A stretch of 64,000 nucleotides of DNA. Source: Candidatus Campbellbacteria bacterium. Its GTDB lineage: Bacteria; Patescibacteriota; Minisyncoccia; Phycocordibacterales; EsbW-18. The notes beneath the pieces were generated by a model. The model saw only the letters and a program-made list of their open reading frames with translations. It was not told the DNA's origin and searched no databases. The DNA lies in contig JANLIT010000002.1 in NCBI GenBank assembly GCA_024653945.1, positions 11,940 through 75,939 of the forward strand, read 5' to 3'. How positions within the stretch are numbered: position 1 is the first letter of the stretch; each line of letters starts with the position of its first letter. Both the position numbers and the translations under genes were made by a program. Positions 17,163 through 28,000 of the stretch are shown here, piece after piece.

Positions 17163-17380
17163 ATACGTGGATTATACCCCAAAAAAATATAAAAAAGAAA
17201 ATGGTGGTGTTTGGTGGTGTTTACCAATTACCACCATTGATCAAAAAATGTTTTCTCACCATCTAGGAATGAGTTTCTCAGGATGGTAAGTGGTCCAAAA
17301 CAGAGGACACCCACCTGCGCAGACGTTAAATTTTTCATACTCAACACGCCTCTGTGCCCGTCTGACAAATAAATAAGGAA

Positions 17381-17440
17381 GGCTACAGTTGGGACAGAAA
17401 ACCCAATCTTTGGGTATCTTTGTAGCCTTCCTTTTAATTC
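17381..17440 (-). terminator. intrinsic terminator after 17434..17967
   Basis: 13-bp stem aaggaaggctaca...tgtagccttcctt followed by a T-rich run on the minus strand. Confidence 0.55.
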
Positions 17441-17967
17441 GCCTTACGGAAATCCTTGATGATTTTGTCTGCACCGTCTCGGTCGATGATGTCCCACGCA
17501 CGTTTATAGTTCTCGTTTGTAGTGTTCCGTGCCACCTTCAACTGCCCACCGGACAGAATAAGCGACAGAATTGCATATGTCATCACGTGGTTGCGTACCT
17601 TTTGGCTTTCATTAGGAAACGGCAACGGCGCGTGTTCCGAACCAGACATCAATCGATGGGTGAGTTCATGGCACAGGGCAACAATGAACTCTTCTTCCGT
17701 GTATCGACTTTTGAGAACCAACGGACGCGAATGGTCTCGTATAGTCCCTGAAAGAACATAGCACTCAATGTGTGGCTCGAATGTGAGTCCTGTGATTTGC
17801 TCCATGTGAGCCATGAGTGCCGAACCAATCTGAGCCCAAATGCGCTCATAGTTGTCCCTGCGGGATTCCAGTTCCTCCTTTGACGGCGGCGTCCAAGTCG
17901 GATAGGCCTCAATTGCCTCCGCTTCGTGGAGACGATTGAGTTCCTCACTTGTGTGAAAGGTAATCAT
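17434..17967 (-). CDS. GC-rich hypothetical protein with HExxH motif (ALCHELTHRL)
   Basis: ATG at 17967 with SD GGAGAA 5 nt upstream (the track's TTG start is 17979). Confidence 0.5.
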   Translation of the reverse strand: MITFHTSEELNRLHEAEAIEAYPTWTPPSKEELESRRDNYERIWAQIGSALMAHMEQITGLTFEPHIECYVLSGTIRDHSRPLVLKSRYTEEEFIVALCHELTHRLMSGSEHAPLPFPNESQKVRNHVMTYAILSLILSGGQLKVARNTTNENYKRAWDIIDRDGADKIIKDFRKAN

Positions 17968-18038
17968 GGTGTTCTCCAATTAAAGATGCCCCCCGCGTAC
18001 TTATCAGGGGGGCAAGTGGTTCGGTAGAGACTTCAGTC

Positions 18039-18146
18039 GCTGGCAGGGAAGCTGTCCTCGCTGTAGTCGTCCTCCTCCGCGTCCATCAACGGACCGAACA
18101 TGGCCGTATCCTCGGTCGTGTCCCGCTCGTCGGGGTCGGGCATGTG
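18039..18146 (-). CDS. possible 35-aa acidic peptide MPDPDERDTTEDTAMFGPLMDAEEDDYSEDSFPASD
   Basis: SD GGAGGTGAGAACAGGTG before the ATG; ~62% GC patch; under the ORF-track length cutoff. Confidence 0.25.
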
Positions 18147-18309
18147 ATTGGGCACCTGTTCTCACCTCCTTTAGTGGGCTGGTTGCCAGTACTATCTACC
18201 TACAAAGATACAGAAGACACGAATAAAAGTCAAGTGCGAAGGGGCACCCCGTTCCAAGCACAAGGGCTTGCCGGGATTAAGTCAAGCAACTTAAGGACTC
18301 CACCAGAAC

Positions 18310-18397
18310 AGCTAAAAAGCCCCCTACGTAGGGGCTTTTCTAGCCCCTATAGACCAATTTGTCTGGGTCAATTGAAATAGTATCCGTTGGGCGTTTA
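18310..18397 (-). repeat. ~90-bp direct repeat, copy 2 (orphan copy of the M16 peptidase 3' end: encodes TDTISIDPDKLVYRG* out of context, plus the hairpin aagcccctacgtaggggctt)
   Basis: alignment with 15851-15942 read directly; lies immediately 3' of the LOG-like gene. Confidence 0.65.
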
Positions 18398-19015
18398 ACC
18401 CCTGAGTTCGCCTTCTTCGCCTGGGCGGTAGCTTGTGGTCATCCGGTCTGCCAATTTGTCCTGCTTCACCAGCTCAATCACTTTTGCCACAAGTTTTTTG
18501 GGGTTCGTGTCAAAAATAACTCGTTCGTGTGAACGATTGCTTCGCTCCAGAATAATTTTCATGGTTTCGTCTGTCGTCCATTCCCCTTCCAAGATACCAA
18601 TCGGCTTATTGTCTTCAAAGGCAATCGTAAATTCATGAATGGTTCCAATGCGTCCGCACCCAAAGAGTACGGCGTCTGATGAGCGTGTAAGAATAAGATC
18701 GCGTCCTGAATAGCCGAAACCTGTGTACACAATCATGTCCATGTAGTCCAACGGCAGGCGAAATGCTTCAACGTGCTCACGTTCAGACGCTGCCGGAGAA
18801 AAACCAATTGATTTGCCACCTGCTTCTTTTGCTCCAATGGCCGCCCACAGAGGAAAACCTGTCGTGGCACCCGTTACAAGAACCGCGCCATTTGCTGCGA
18901 TTTCGTGTCCAAGCTCTTTAGCAACTTCATATGCACGTGAACCACACGAAGCGGTCTCAGCAGCACCTGATACACAAATTTTTATATCGTGTTCTGTTCT
19001 TTTTCGCAAAGACAT
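18395..19015 (-). CDS. LOG/TIGR00725-like Rossmann-fold nucleotide-binding protein
   Basis: ICVSGAAE..GAVLVTGATTG..GFSPAASE..GFGYSG..LFGCGRIGTIHE pattern. Confidence 0.55.
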   Translation of the reverse strand: MSLRKRTEHDIKICVSGAAETASCGSRAYEVAKELGHEIAANGAVLVTGATTGFPLWAAIGAKEAGGKSIGFSPAASEREHVEAFRLPLDYMDMIVYTGFGYSGRDLILTRSSDAVLFGCGRIGTIHEFTIAFEDNKPIGILEGEWTTDETMKIILERSNRSHERVIFDTNPKKLVAKVIELVKQDKLADRMTTSYRPGEEGELRG

Positions 19016-19055
19016 ACGTCAATAGTATACAACAGGATAGTAGTAAGTAGTAAGC

Positions 19056-20468
19056 TTATTTCGAAATGGTGACGTTATCGCCAAGATTTGGATAGACCGC
19101 GTCAACACCAATGTAATCGCGAAGTCGTTGCGCAAGAAACTGGGATGTTTTTGGTTCACCCATTGTGACAAATACTTTCCGCAGGGTTAAGCTCATTGCA
19201 TTTACAAATGCCATAAGACCATTCACATCTCGGTGACCAGAATATCCTGATACAAAACGAACCGTTGCGTTCACTGGGATAGTTTCTTTTCCAATCGTTA
19301 CTTTTTTTGCACCATCAATCAATTGTCGTCCCAAACTTCCTGGAGATTGGTACCCAACAATGAGTAGTGTGCTGTTTGCATCTGAAAGATAGTGTTTTTC
19401 ATGTCCAATAATTCGTCCTCCATGTGACATTCCTGAGCCGGCAATAATAATTTTTGCCCCGGGAGTTTCGTAAATTGCTTTTGATTCTTGTGTTGACGCT
19501 ATCACTGTCAATCCTTTGAAAGCAAAAATATCATCTCCTCCCGCAATCGCTTCTTGCGTCTTTTCATTAAAACTTTCAGGATGGCGTTTATATATTTCAG
19601 TTACTTTTGTGGCAAGAGGGGAATCGAGAAAGACGGCAACTTTTGGAATTTTGTCCTGCTCAATAAGCATATTTATTTCGTACAAAATAGTTTGTGTACG
19701 TTCAATGGAGAATGTTGGGATAAGAAGTGTGCCATTATTTTTGATTGTGTTTTCAATAACATCTTCCAATTGTGCAAGGCGGTCGGGAACATTCTCGTGT
19801 ACACGATCACCATATACACTCTCCATCACCAGAATATTTGCATCCTCAATCACATCAGTATCTTTCATCATAAGTGACGGCATGTTGCCTAAGTCACCAG
19901 TAAAGATAATCTTCCCGACGGACGGGTGTGTGCACTGCACAATTGCCGAACCGAGGATGTGTCCTGCATTCTTAAATTCAAACGTCATATCAGCAACTTG
20001 AAACGGTGTGTAGTATGGGTACGTTTGCCACTGTGAGAATATAGGGGGCACGTCATCGGCTGTGTAGAGAGGTGTTGTGCCACACGAAATCGCCTCTTCG
20101 GTAAGAAGCTGGGCTGCATTTGGAAGCATTACCTCGGCAAGTTCTTTTGTTTCTGGCGTTGAGTAAATGTGCCCACGAAATCCATCTTTCACCAGTTTTG
20201 GAATACGTCCGATATGGTCAATGTGTGCATGTGTTACTACGAGCGCATCAAGTGTTGAAAGGTCGTAGCCGAACGTGTTTGCGTTGCTGACATCACACAT
20301 GCGGAGTCCTTGACGCATACCACAATCAATAAGAGCTTTCCCTTTCGGCGTGGTGAGGAGAAAATTTGCACCAGTTACTGAGCCAACTCCTCCATAAAAA
20401 CCCAACTGCACACTTCCTTTTTCTTTTGCTTTTTCTTTTGCTGTTTTTTTTGTTGTGTCTTGCATCAT
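19056..20468 (-). CDS. metallo-beta-lactamase / beta-CASP family ribonuclease (RNase J-like)
   Basis: HAHIDHIG (HxHxDH) plus later beta-CASP Asp/His motifs; 470 aa. Confidence 0.8.
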   Translation of the reverse strand: MMQDTTKKTAKEKAKEKGSVQLGFYGGVGSVTGANFLLTTPKGKALIDCGMRQGLRMCDVSNANTFGYDLSTLDALVVTHAHIDHIGRIPKLVKDGFRGHIYSTPETKELAEVMLPNAAQLLTEEAISCGTTPLYTADDVPPIFSQWQTYPYYTPFQVADMTFEFKNAGHILGSAIVQCTHPSVGKIIFTGDLGNMPSLMMKDTDVIEDANILVMESVYGDRVHENVPDRLAQLEDVIENTIKNNGTLLIPTFSIERTQTILYEINMLIEQDKIPKVAVFLDSPLATKVTEIYKRHPESFNEKTQEAIAGGDDIFAFKGLTVIASTQESKAIYETPGAKIIIAGSGMSHGGRIIGHEKHYLSDANSTLLIVGYQSPGSLGRQLIDGAKKVTIGKETIPVNATVRFVSGYSGHRDVNGLMAFVNAMSLTLRKVFVTMGEPKTSQFLAQRLRDYIGVDAVYPNLGDNVTISK

Positions 20469-20887
20469 GATGATTGGTTAGAAAGTGGATTTGGTGAAAG
20501 CATAGAACGCACCATGAGCCATGAGGTAATTGAGCCAATACAATCCATAATCAAATCTCCTGCGGTATCAGTTACAATATTTGTCTGTGCAACATACATC
20601 CCATTAAGATATTCAAAAAATTCCCAACTGATGCCAATAACTATCCCTGTTCCGAGTGCAACATACAACATCTGTTGGATCTGTGTATATGATGCTGGAG
20701 TAAAACGCACAAACGCCCATAGTCCAACTCCAGAAACAACAAAACCACCAAGAAAATGCATCATGATGTCGTACCACCAGAACGTCCAGTAATAAAAATT
20801 GACTTGTGCTATCTCATTAAGAAAATAGACAAGGAGTGCAGTGAATAAAAGTATGAAAAGAAAGATGTGTTGGTGTCGTGAGGGCAC
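20465..20887 (-). CDS. small integral membrane protein
   Basis: 4 predicted TM helices; 4-nt overlap with the upstream gene. Confidence 0.45.
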   Translation of the reverse strand: MPSRHQHIFLFILLFTALLVYFLNEIAQVNFYYWTFWWYDIMMHFLGGFVVSGVGLWAFVRFTPASYTQIQQMLYVALGTGIVIGISWEFFEYLNGMYVAQTNIVTDTAGDLIMDCIGSITSWLMVRSMLSPNPLSNQSS

Positions 20888-20974
20888 AAAAGTATCAAAT
20901 TAATGCGTGTAAGTATCGTTTCTATGTATGTAGTATAGCAAAAAAGTAGGATGTAGAAAGTAGTGAGTGACAAA

Positions 20975-21014
20975 CAGAAGCAAGACTCCTGAAGCTTCAG
21001 GAGTCTTGCTTCTG
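20975..21014. terminator. perfect 40-bp palindrome (20-bp arms, no spacer): CAGAAGCAAGACTCCTGAAG|CTTCAGGAGTCTTGCTTCTG
   Basis: read directly; lies 3' of the ndk transcription unit. Confidence 0.5.
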
Positions 21015-21443
21015 TTACAAACGAAAACTTCGACCTATGGGGGGCCGAAGTACTCGTGTGGGGGCTATCTCAGATGAGTTACCTAGCATGTGCTAGGTGG
21101 GTGTCCTAAGTACATACACCGGAGCGTATGGTTTGAAACAAAATCAGACTCCCTGTAACAATTAATTTGATCTAGATAATATCCAAAATAACCCCTACAC
21201 CAATCCTACTCCCTATCAAAGAACACTGACAAGGGGGATAATGCTTTGCACGACACTACACAAAAAAGTGAAGTATGTGTGTCAAAAAATCCGCCATGCA
21301 GACGGATTTTTTGTTTTGTCTGTTTCAAATAATTGACAGAAATTTTCTTTTTATTTGAGATGTGTATTTTTCTATCGTGTTTATGTCTTTTGAATTTAAA
21401 ATAGAACTTTTGTCTTACAAAAGTTCGTGTACGGAGCAAGCTT

Positions 21444-21525
21444 CTATTTTTGAAAGACTTTGAAGGCACGGCGGTGCCGGAGAGAGAAAACCGCCTGCTG
21501 GCGGTTTTCGTGCTTTCAAAAATAG
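21444..21525. repeat. palindromic terminator element (same family as 3084, 31153, 36855) directly 3' of ndk
   Basis: ctatttttgaaagactttgaaggcacggcggtgccggagagagaaaaccgcctgctggcggttttcgtgctttcaaaaatag. Confidence 0.65.
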
Positions 21526-21539
21526 AAGCAAGCGTAGGG

Positions 21540-22124
21540 CTAATTGTCAATTCCAAATCGTTTATATGAGTAAATTGGGCTTGTTCCAAACCAGTAGTCT
21601 ATCTCGTGCTTCGCTTCTTCGGGTGTTTCTGACGCATGCACCAGGTTCATAATTGCTCGTTTCTCGGCATTTGCCAGTACCGGAGAGTCAACGGAAAAAT
21701 CACCACGAATGGTGCCCATTTCTGCAAGGTACGGGAGAGTTGGACCGACAATTTTGCGCACCATGTCAACAGCATGCACACCTTCAACCACCATTCGTAC
21801 CGATGGTCCCATAATAAGGTATTCAATGAGCCACCCCCTCACCTTCTGGCCTATTTCCATGGTGTCTTTAGTTCCCATCTCCTCAATTGCGTCAATACCA
21901 TACTTCTCATATGTGCCCATGGTCTTTTCTCCAAGGCGGTTAATCCATTTTGTATCCTTAGGATAGTGGTCGTTCACACGGTCTTCTGTCGCCTGAAACA
22001 TCTCAAGAGCAACGATCTTCAAATCCCGTTGTTCAAAACGCTGAATAATCTCTCCCACAAGCCCCTTTCGGACTCCGTCGGGCTTTACCATCACAAATGT
22101 TTTCTCTTCTCTGGGGTTTCGCAT
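21540..22124 (-). CDS. ndk: nucleoside-diphosphate kinase-like protein, with insertions
   Basis: FVMVKPDGV..GLVGEII.RFE..G..IVALEM...NLVHASE (NDK active-site His context, NIIHGSD-like); 194 aa, longer than canonical. Confidence 0.7.
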   Translation of the reverse strand: MRNPREEKTFVMVKPDGVRKGLVGEIIQRFEQRDLKIVALEMFQATEDRVNDHYPKDTKWINRLGEKTMGTYEKYGIDAIEEMGTKDTMEIGQKVRGWLIEYLIMGPSVRMVVEGVHAVDMVRKIVGPTLPYLAEMGTIRGDFSVDSPVLANAEKRAIMNLVHASETPEEAKHEIDYWFGTSPIYSYKRFGIDN

Positions 22125-22276
22125 ACGTTGTAATTAGTTTTAACCGTTGCAGTGTAGCAAAAAGTGGCTCTTTTAGCCACCCGAGTTTGGATATCAAATA
22201 GTAAAATAGTAGTAAGTAGAAAGTAGTATGCAGGGGGCTTAGAAAATATCAAATGACAAATTTCAAATGGCAAATA

Positions 22277-25057
22277 TCAAATTTTATACATTGCGTTGAT
22301 TCCAGCTTCAAGTTCTTCGCGAGGACGGCCAAATTTTGCATAGGAAAGTTCCTTCAAGGTATCTACTTTCGTCATATCAGGTTTTTCTGGATACATGGTT
22401 GCGATTGAAAACGGTCGCTCTGTTTTATTTCGAACAAGCATCTTAAGGAATCCGTTGAAGTTGTCTACGTTCATCAAATCGTTTGCGGTAAACACGGGAG
22501 CGAACTGTTTTTCCAAAAATTCAGCATCATCAGAACCAACACGGAAGGAGCACATGGAACCGACGTTGCCAAAGACCGCGTCTTTAATTTTTTCATCCAA
22601 CTGTTTAATGTACTGATGAAAAATACTGAGTCCCAATTTGTATTTTCGTGCTTCCGAGAGAATGGTGGCGATTGAATTTGTGGTGATATTTTGAAATTCA
22701 TCAATGTAGAGATAAAAATTTGGAACATCTCCTTTGCCAACTGCATCAACGCGAGACAGTGCGGCCATGAGAATTTTTCCCACAATAATAAGTCCGACGA
22801 GGTTTGCGTTGATATCACCAAGTCGCCCCTTTGAGAGGTTTACTAAAAGAATTTTACGCTTGTCCATAATATCTCTGAAGTTAAATGCCGAATGTTTCTG
22901 CATCACAATAGGACGCATGATGTCATTGGCAAGAAAGATGTCAAATTTGCTCGTGATGTACGGAACCATGTTTGCAAGAGATGCTTCCCCACCCGCTTTT
23001 TCGGCAACTTCACGCCAAAATTGAACAACCACAGGATTTTTACATCTTGAGAGTTTCAAATCACGAAATGCTTTCTCTGACATGACACGCGACACATCAA
23101 ACAGTGTGTTGCCTGTATCAGGATCTTCAATCACGAGCATTGTCGCATTGCGGAAGTACTGCTCAAACATTGGTCCCATACTCTCAGGCACTCCTCCGTA
23201 CAATTTCTGGAAGATAGAAAAGAGTTCATTCACCACAAACGTCTTCTGTTCAGGGAACGCGGGGTCATATTCCAACATATTGAGTCCCATTGGACGTGCC
23301 GTGTACGCTGGGTCAAAATAAATAACGTCATCAAAACGCTCTTGAGGAACCGATGCGAGTACTTCCATAAGGTCGGTCCCGTGAGGGTCAATCATGCACA
23401 CACCTTCTCCATTCTTAATGTCCTGTATAATCATGTTTTTCAAAAGCGTCGTCTTTCCTGTTCCTGTCTGACCAATACAATAGAAGTGGCGCAACCGATC
23501 TCCCTCCGTCATGTAAATTGGCGTCTTGGTGTTACCGTACACGTTTTCGCCAAGCAACAAACCTTCAGTTGGCAAATCAACTGGTGCAGGAGAACCTCCT
23601 GCTTTTGCACGTTTGAGTTCACGCGATGAGTCACTTCCCACAGCAGGAACGTGGGCGAATGTTGCGAGCTCACGAAGATTCATGGGCAATATCTCATCTG
23701 TGGAGAAAAGTCGGAATGCAAATTCTTTTACCAATCCAGTGAGTTTTGTTTTAGTGAAGCGTGTAAACTTCAATGCGTTTCCACGCGGATCTTCAAGCTG
23801 GCTGAATGTTGCCTCAAGTTCAGACAAAATTGCATCTGAGCGCACTTGTGATGTTGATGACGCAAGGAGACGAATGTTTGTTTCAACGATGGTTTGGCTA
23901 AATTTTTGTTTGAGCTGTTCAATGGTGATGTCGTCCACTGGTCGCTCGCGCTCTTTTTCTTTTTTCTTGTCTTCTTTCTCTTTTGACGCAAAAAAGAATG
24001 AGTGCACCTCTTTACCAACTGACACGACAACCGATTTCTCTGCAAGCGCTTCCTTCATCGGCGTACCTTTCGCCATTTTTTCTATCACTTTTCGAATTTT
24101 GTCCGCATAATCGGTTTCTGCCGGTCGAATCAACACCTGCAATGCAGCGCCTTCACCAACGCGCAACAACTTTCCAAACGCCGACAAAAGAATCGTCAGT
24201 GGGTCGTAATCAAAATGTTCATGTGTTTTGAGAGGAAGCATATACGGCCGTGCGTATGCAGCAATAGAGCCGGCGGTTTTACCTTCTGGAAAGAAAATAT
24301 TGTAATCATTTTTGCGGTCGGCGACACGCGCTTGTGGAAAAATAGAGAGCAACTGTTTCTCAAAAATATCTTTCTTTTCCGTTGGTACCGACATATAGAG
24401 CGTGACGTGTTCAAGGTGCGCTTCAACAGCAAGTTCAATAGAGAAGTACTTTTTCTTTGAACCTTTTTCTGACGCAACTGAGAGTGCGCCGGCGTAGAGT
24501 TGTTCCATTGATGACAGGAGCTCTTTAAGCGGGCGTTGGTGCTCCTTTGCATCCTTGGCATCAAACGGGAGCGTTACCTCTAGGAGCGTCATGTGGAGCG
24601 CCTTCCAGAGTGGTTCGCCTTCTTTGATACCTTTTGTTATATATCCTTCTTTTAAGTATTCGGATAAAAAACGATGAAAGTCGTCTTCAACGTGCGGATT
24701 ATCCATTTTTTCAACAATAGACAGCGCATTACGTATTCCCTTTTCCTGCATTACCGAGAGAAGTTCAGCAATAATGGTATCGTGCTCCTCTGGGGCAAGG
24801 TCCAAAACAACGGCATCAATTTCTGGCTTCAGCATCTCGTGACCTTTCGCAAGCACTGTTTCTGGCGCATGCCCAGCATATGTGTGTATGACTTCTTTTT
24901 CTGGCGTTGGATGAGAGAGCTCGTGTGTTCCTGCATCTACATTTTTTTCAAGTTGTTTGAGTCGTTCACGCAAAAAATTCACCTCTTCATTGGGTGTGGT
25001 GAACTTTTTTTCAGGTGTCAAAGAGAACGTCTCCATATGCACTTTAGTATAGCGCAT
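22277..25057 (-). CDS. VirD4/TrwB/TraD-type coupling-protein-like P-loop ATPase with ~500-aa soluble N-terminal region (no TM helices)
   Basis: Walker A CIGQTGTGKTTLL followed ~25 aa later by MIDPHGTD (the GxTGxGKS...DPxG arrangement of type IV coupling proteins); Walker B FYLYIDEFQN. Confidence 0.65.
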   Translation of the reverse strand: MRYTKVHMETFSLTPEKKFTTPNEEVNFLRERLKQLEKNVDAGTHELSHPTPEKEVIHTYAGHAPETVLAKGHEMLKPEIDAVVLDLAPEEHDTIIAELLSVMQEKGIRNALSIVEKMDNPHVEDDFHRFLSEYLKEGYITKGIKEGEPLWKALHMTLLEVTLPFDAKDAKEHQRPLKELLSSMEQLYAGALSVASEKGSKKKYFSIELAVEAHLEHVTLYMSVPTEKKDIFEKQLLSIFPQARVADRKNDYNIFFPEGKTAGSIAAYARPYMLPLKTHEHFDYDPLTILLSAFGKLLRVGEGAALQVLIRPAETDYADKIRKVIEKMAKGTPMKEALAEKSVVVSVGKEVHSFFFASKEKEDKKKEKERERPVDDITIEQLKQKFSQTIVETNIRLLASSTSQVRSDAILSELEATFSQLEDPRGNALKFTRFTKTKLTGLVKEFAFRLFSTDEILPMNLRELATFAHVPAVGSDSSRELKRAKAGGSPAPVDLPTEGLLLGENVYGNTKTPIYMTEGDRLRHFYCIGQTGTGKTTLLKNMIIQDIKNGEGVCMIDPHGTDLMEVLASVPQERFDDVIYFDPAYTARPMGLNMLEYDPAFPEQKTFVVNELFSIFQKLYGGVPESMGPMFEQYFRNATMLVIEDPDTGNTLFDVSRVMSEKAFRDLKLSRCKNPVVVQFWREVAEKAGGEASLANMVPYITSKFDIFLANDIMRPIVMQKHSAFNFRDIMDKRKILLVNLSKGRLGDINANLVGLIIVGKILMAALSRVDAVGKGDVPNFYLYIDEFQNITTNSIATILSEARKYKLGLSIFHQYIKQLDEKIKDAVFGNVGSMCSFRVGSDDAEFLEKQFAPVFTANDLMNVDNFNGFLKMLVRNKTERPFSIATMYPEKPDMTKVDTLKELSYAKFGRPREELEAGINAMYKI

Positions 25058-25067
25058 CTATACCAAC

Positions 25068-28000
25068 CTATCCTACATTCTCACGTTGGATAACGACAGC
25101 AAGTGCACGCCTAATGAAAGCCTCTGTAGTTTCTTCCCCCCTAAAGATTCCTCCAATAGGACGCAGGCCTGAGTCTCGTGAAAGCATCATGAGGTAATGC
25201 TGGAGTTTTTTGGCTGGAGTGTCATCGGGAAATTGCATTTTCTCAAGAACCTTACGAGCATCCATTGTTTTCCACTGTGTCCACTCTGACCATTCTTCTT
25301 TGAGCGTTCCAAATATCGCACGCATATCACGATTCATCTCATGTTCGATATGTTCAGGACTCAATAAGTGTTCTAGAGAAAGGTTATCTGATACTAAAGG
25401 TCCAAGCCCTTCCCGTTCTTCGAACGGAAGATTTTCTATAGTGCCCGTAGTGTCCTCGGGTAAGGTTGCCGTTTCAGTATATTCTGTAGATGTATCATTC
25501 ACCCCTTGCTCCACGCTTCCTGCGAGGTCGCTAGCGACGACATCTTCTGGTATCTCTGTAGCAACGTCTTCGGGAACATTATTTGGAACAATTCCTTCCT
25601 CAAACCCTGAGGAGGGTATTTTTTCTATCCCATGTGTGCTATCCGGATGGAGCACGTCACTGTAATTAATACTTGAAGTATTTGAAAATTCAAAATGTGC
25701 CACTTCCCCATTTCCTGCAGGAACATACTGTAAAATGTCCCCTTCATGAACAAGGTTGAGTTCTGCAATTGGTATCTCGCGACCATCAGGAAGATGCGCC
25801 ACCGAATGAGACCACGCGTCAGCAAATCCTTTTTTATCAAGATGAAATCTTTCTCCAAGTTCTTTTGCTGAGTTCCAAATATTTCCTCCACGTTCAATAT
25901 CAATTAGTTCTGGGTGTGGAGCAGATTCAAATACACCTGATTCAACAGCGTCGGCATGGTGAGCTGACTTAATAATTTCTGCAATGTTTGCAGTACTTGC
26001 AGCATCTTTTGAATAGACAATTTCGTCTTGTGGACCAATACCATGGAACGTCCCACGGGACGGAATCATTGCAATATCATTTTCTGAAAGTTCTGTATTT
26101 CCCGATACTGATTTAAACATTTCTGGTGCCCGCTTTGGCCAACCAAACATATCTGGCGCAAAATGTCGCAGTACGTAACCAGCCATACTAAAGCCCGCAC
26201 CCATAATGGCACCGTGAACCATTTGATCTCGGAGAAATTTCTTTTGTGAGTCTTTAATTTTTTCCTCATGCAGACCGGTGAGTGCGTCAAGTCGTTGTTC
26301 TAGTTCAGCTTTGTGATTTGCATCACCAACACCCTCATGTGAAGCAACAAATGTAGAGGCGTGGCTCATTGCTTGAACAATATCTAGTTGATTTTTGAGA
26401 CGGTCATTAAACGTACCAAAATCCATTTTGCTGGTATATATTTTATTCTCGGTGTAGTAAATGCGCTCCTCAAGCTGTGAAAATAGTGTCTCCTTTTTGG
26501 CTTCATCGGTTTCATTTTCTATACGTTGTATGAGATGATTAATTTTCTTTTTTGATTCGTCTACATGAATAATATTTTCCGCAGTTGTACTTGTATCATC
26601 AACACCTCGGCGTGCACCTGCTTGTTGCTCTTTTAGTGTTTTTTGCGCGCGTCGTCGAGCCATAAAACCACCCATACCAGCGGCGGCAAGAGGAAGACCG
26701 AGTGTTCCGAGTAACGCACCCGTCATCGCACGAGTAGCAAAACCAGCACCAAAATAAATACCACGTTCAGTTACAATATCCTTGAGAGAACGTACCCACA
26801 CTTTTTCATCGGTGATTTTTTGTATTTGCGCCTCTGCTTCAGGATGTGTTGAAAATAGCTGGTCCATACGTACGCGAGCATATATGGTGTTCATCTGCTC
26901 GGCTAATGTCACCCTATCAGAACCGTTTTTTGCTTCGAGAAGTAGGAGCGCATTGGCGCGTGCTTGGATGAATTGTTTTTCAGCTTCCTCATATTTTTTT
27001 CGTTCTGAACGAGACGCGGTCTCACGTGCCCATTCTGTTGGAATATTTGTAAACACATGGGCTGCTGTATTGAACGAGCGCAGTGTTTCTTCTTCTGCTT
27101 CATTTTCCGCTTGTATTCCGTTTGTGTAGAGAACTTCAAGAGTGCCTTCTTTGTCAAAAACAGCGTCAAGACCAACTTCACGTGTACCAGTTACTAATTT
27201 TTCAATAACATCCCTGTATTCACCTATACCCGCTTTTTGTAGATCCTGCGCTGTTGCTTTTTCAAGTTTTGCAGATTGGTATCCTTTTGTAATACCACGC
27301 CAAAATCGTCCAAAAAATCCTGCCTTTTTATTTTCTTCTGCTCCATGCGCTGCAGCATCCTCCTTAATCTTACCGAGTATAATTTGTTGCAGGTTTTCTT
27401 GTACGAGTGCTTTTTGCCCGATGGTAAGTTCACTGTACCCAGGAACTGTTTCAAGATCTTCTGCCCTCATTCCTGTAAATATTTTTTCAAATTTCTCGTT
27501 TATCTGTGTCAATCTAGCCACAGATGGAAATTTTTCTGGCTTTTCTTCAATTGGTAGATTTGCAGGAGCTTCTGCGATAACCTTCACAGCATCGTGCGCA
27601 CCCTCAATTTGTTCTTTCGTTATACCAACCTCTACCCCCGTCGTAAGAATACTCAAAAGATGTCTTTTTCTTGCTCTCTTTTCCTTCAATTCTTCCGAGG
27701 AAAGTTTTTTTGTACGAAAATCTGTTTCAATTCCTTCTAATTCGTCGGTTAATTTCAAAAACTCATCTTTTGTCTTACGAGAAAGCGTCTCATCATTTTC
27801 TATTCCTATACGCCGACTGTCCAAATACTCCCGTTTCTCTTTTGGCAAAACTATCGTTTCTCCTACCGTTGGTTCTATTTTTGTCTCATCAAAATGCTGG
27901 AGAAAACTTTTATGTATCCTTTCAAACTTATCTCCTTCCTCTTCTGGTATCACGGCAGTATTAACTGTTTCGGGTACACTAACCGCGGTGGGAACTTCTT

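Noticed and set aside
17256-17501. 81-aa ORF with CPNC...CAGGC zinc-ribbon-like Cys pairs
   Set aside because: Its Cys codons are produced by the 13-bp-stem terminator hairpin (17381-17440) that follows gene 17434..17967. It also overlaps that gene.
21036-21180. GC-rich patch (ctatggggggccgaagtactcgtgtgggggctatctcag...) considered as a tRNA or SRP/RNase P RNA
   Set aside because: I could not fit a cloverleaf (no T-loop GTTCRANYC and no D-arm). There is no SRP domain IV (GGAA..AGCAG) and no RNase P P4 (GGAAAGUCCGGGCUCC) motif. It is left unassigned.
22091-22273. 60-aa ORF and agtagtaagtagaaagtag / (caaat) repeats between ndk and the coupling ATPase
   Set aside because: This is a low-complexity promoter/spacer region of the same TACTACTTTCTAC family seen before many genes, not coding.
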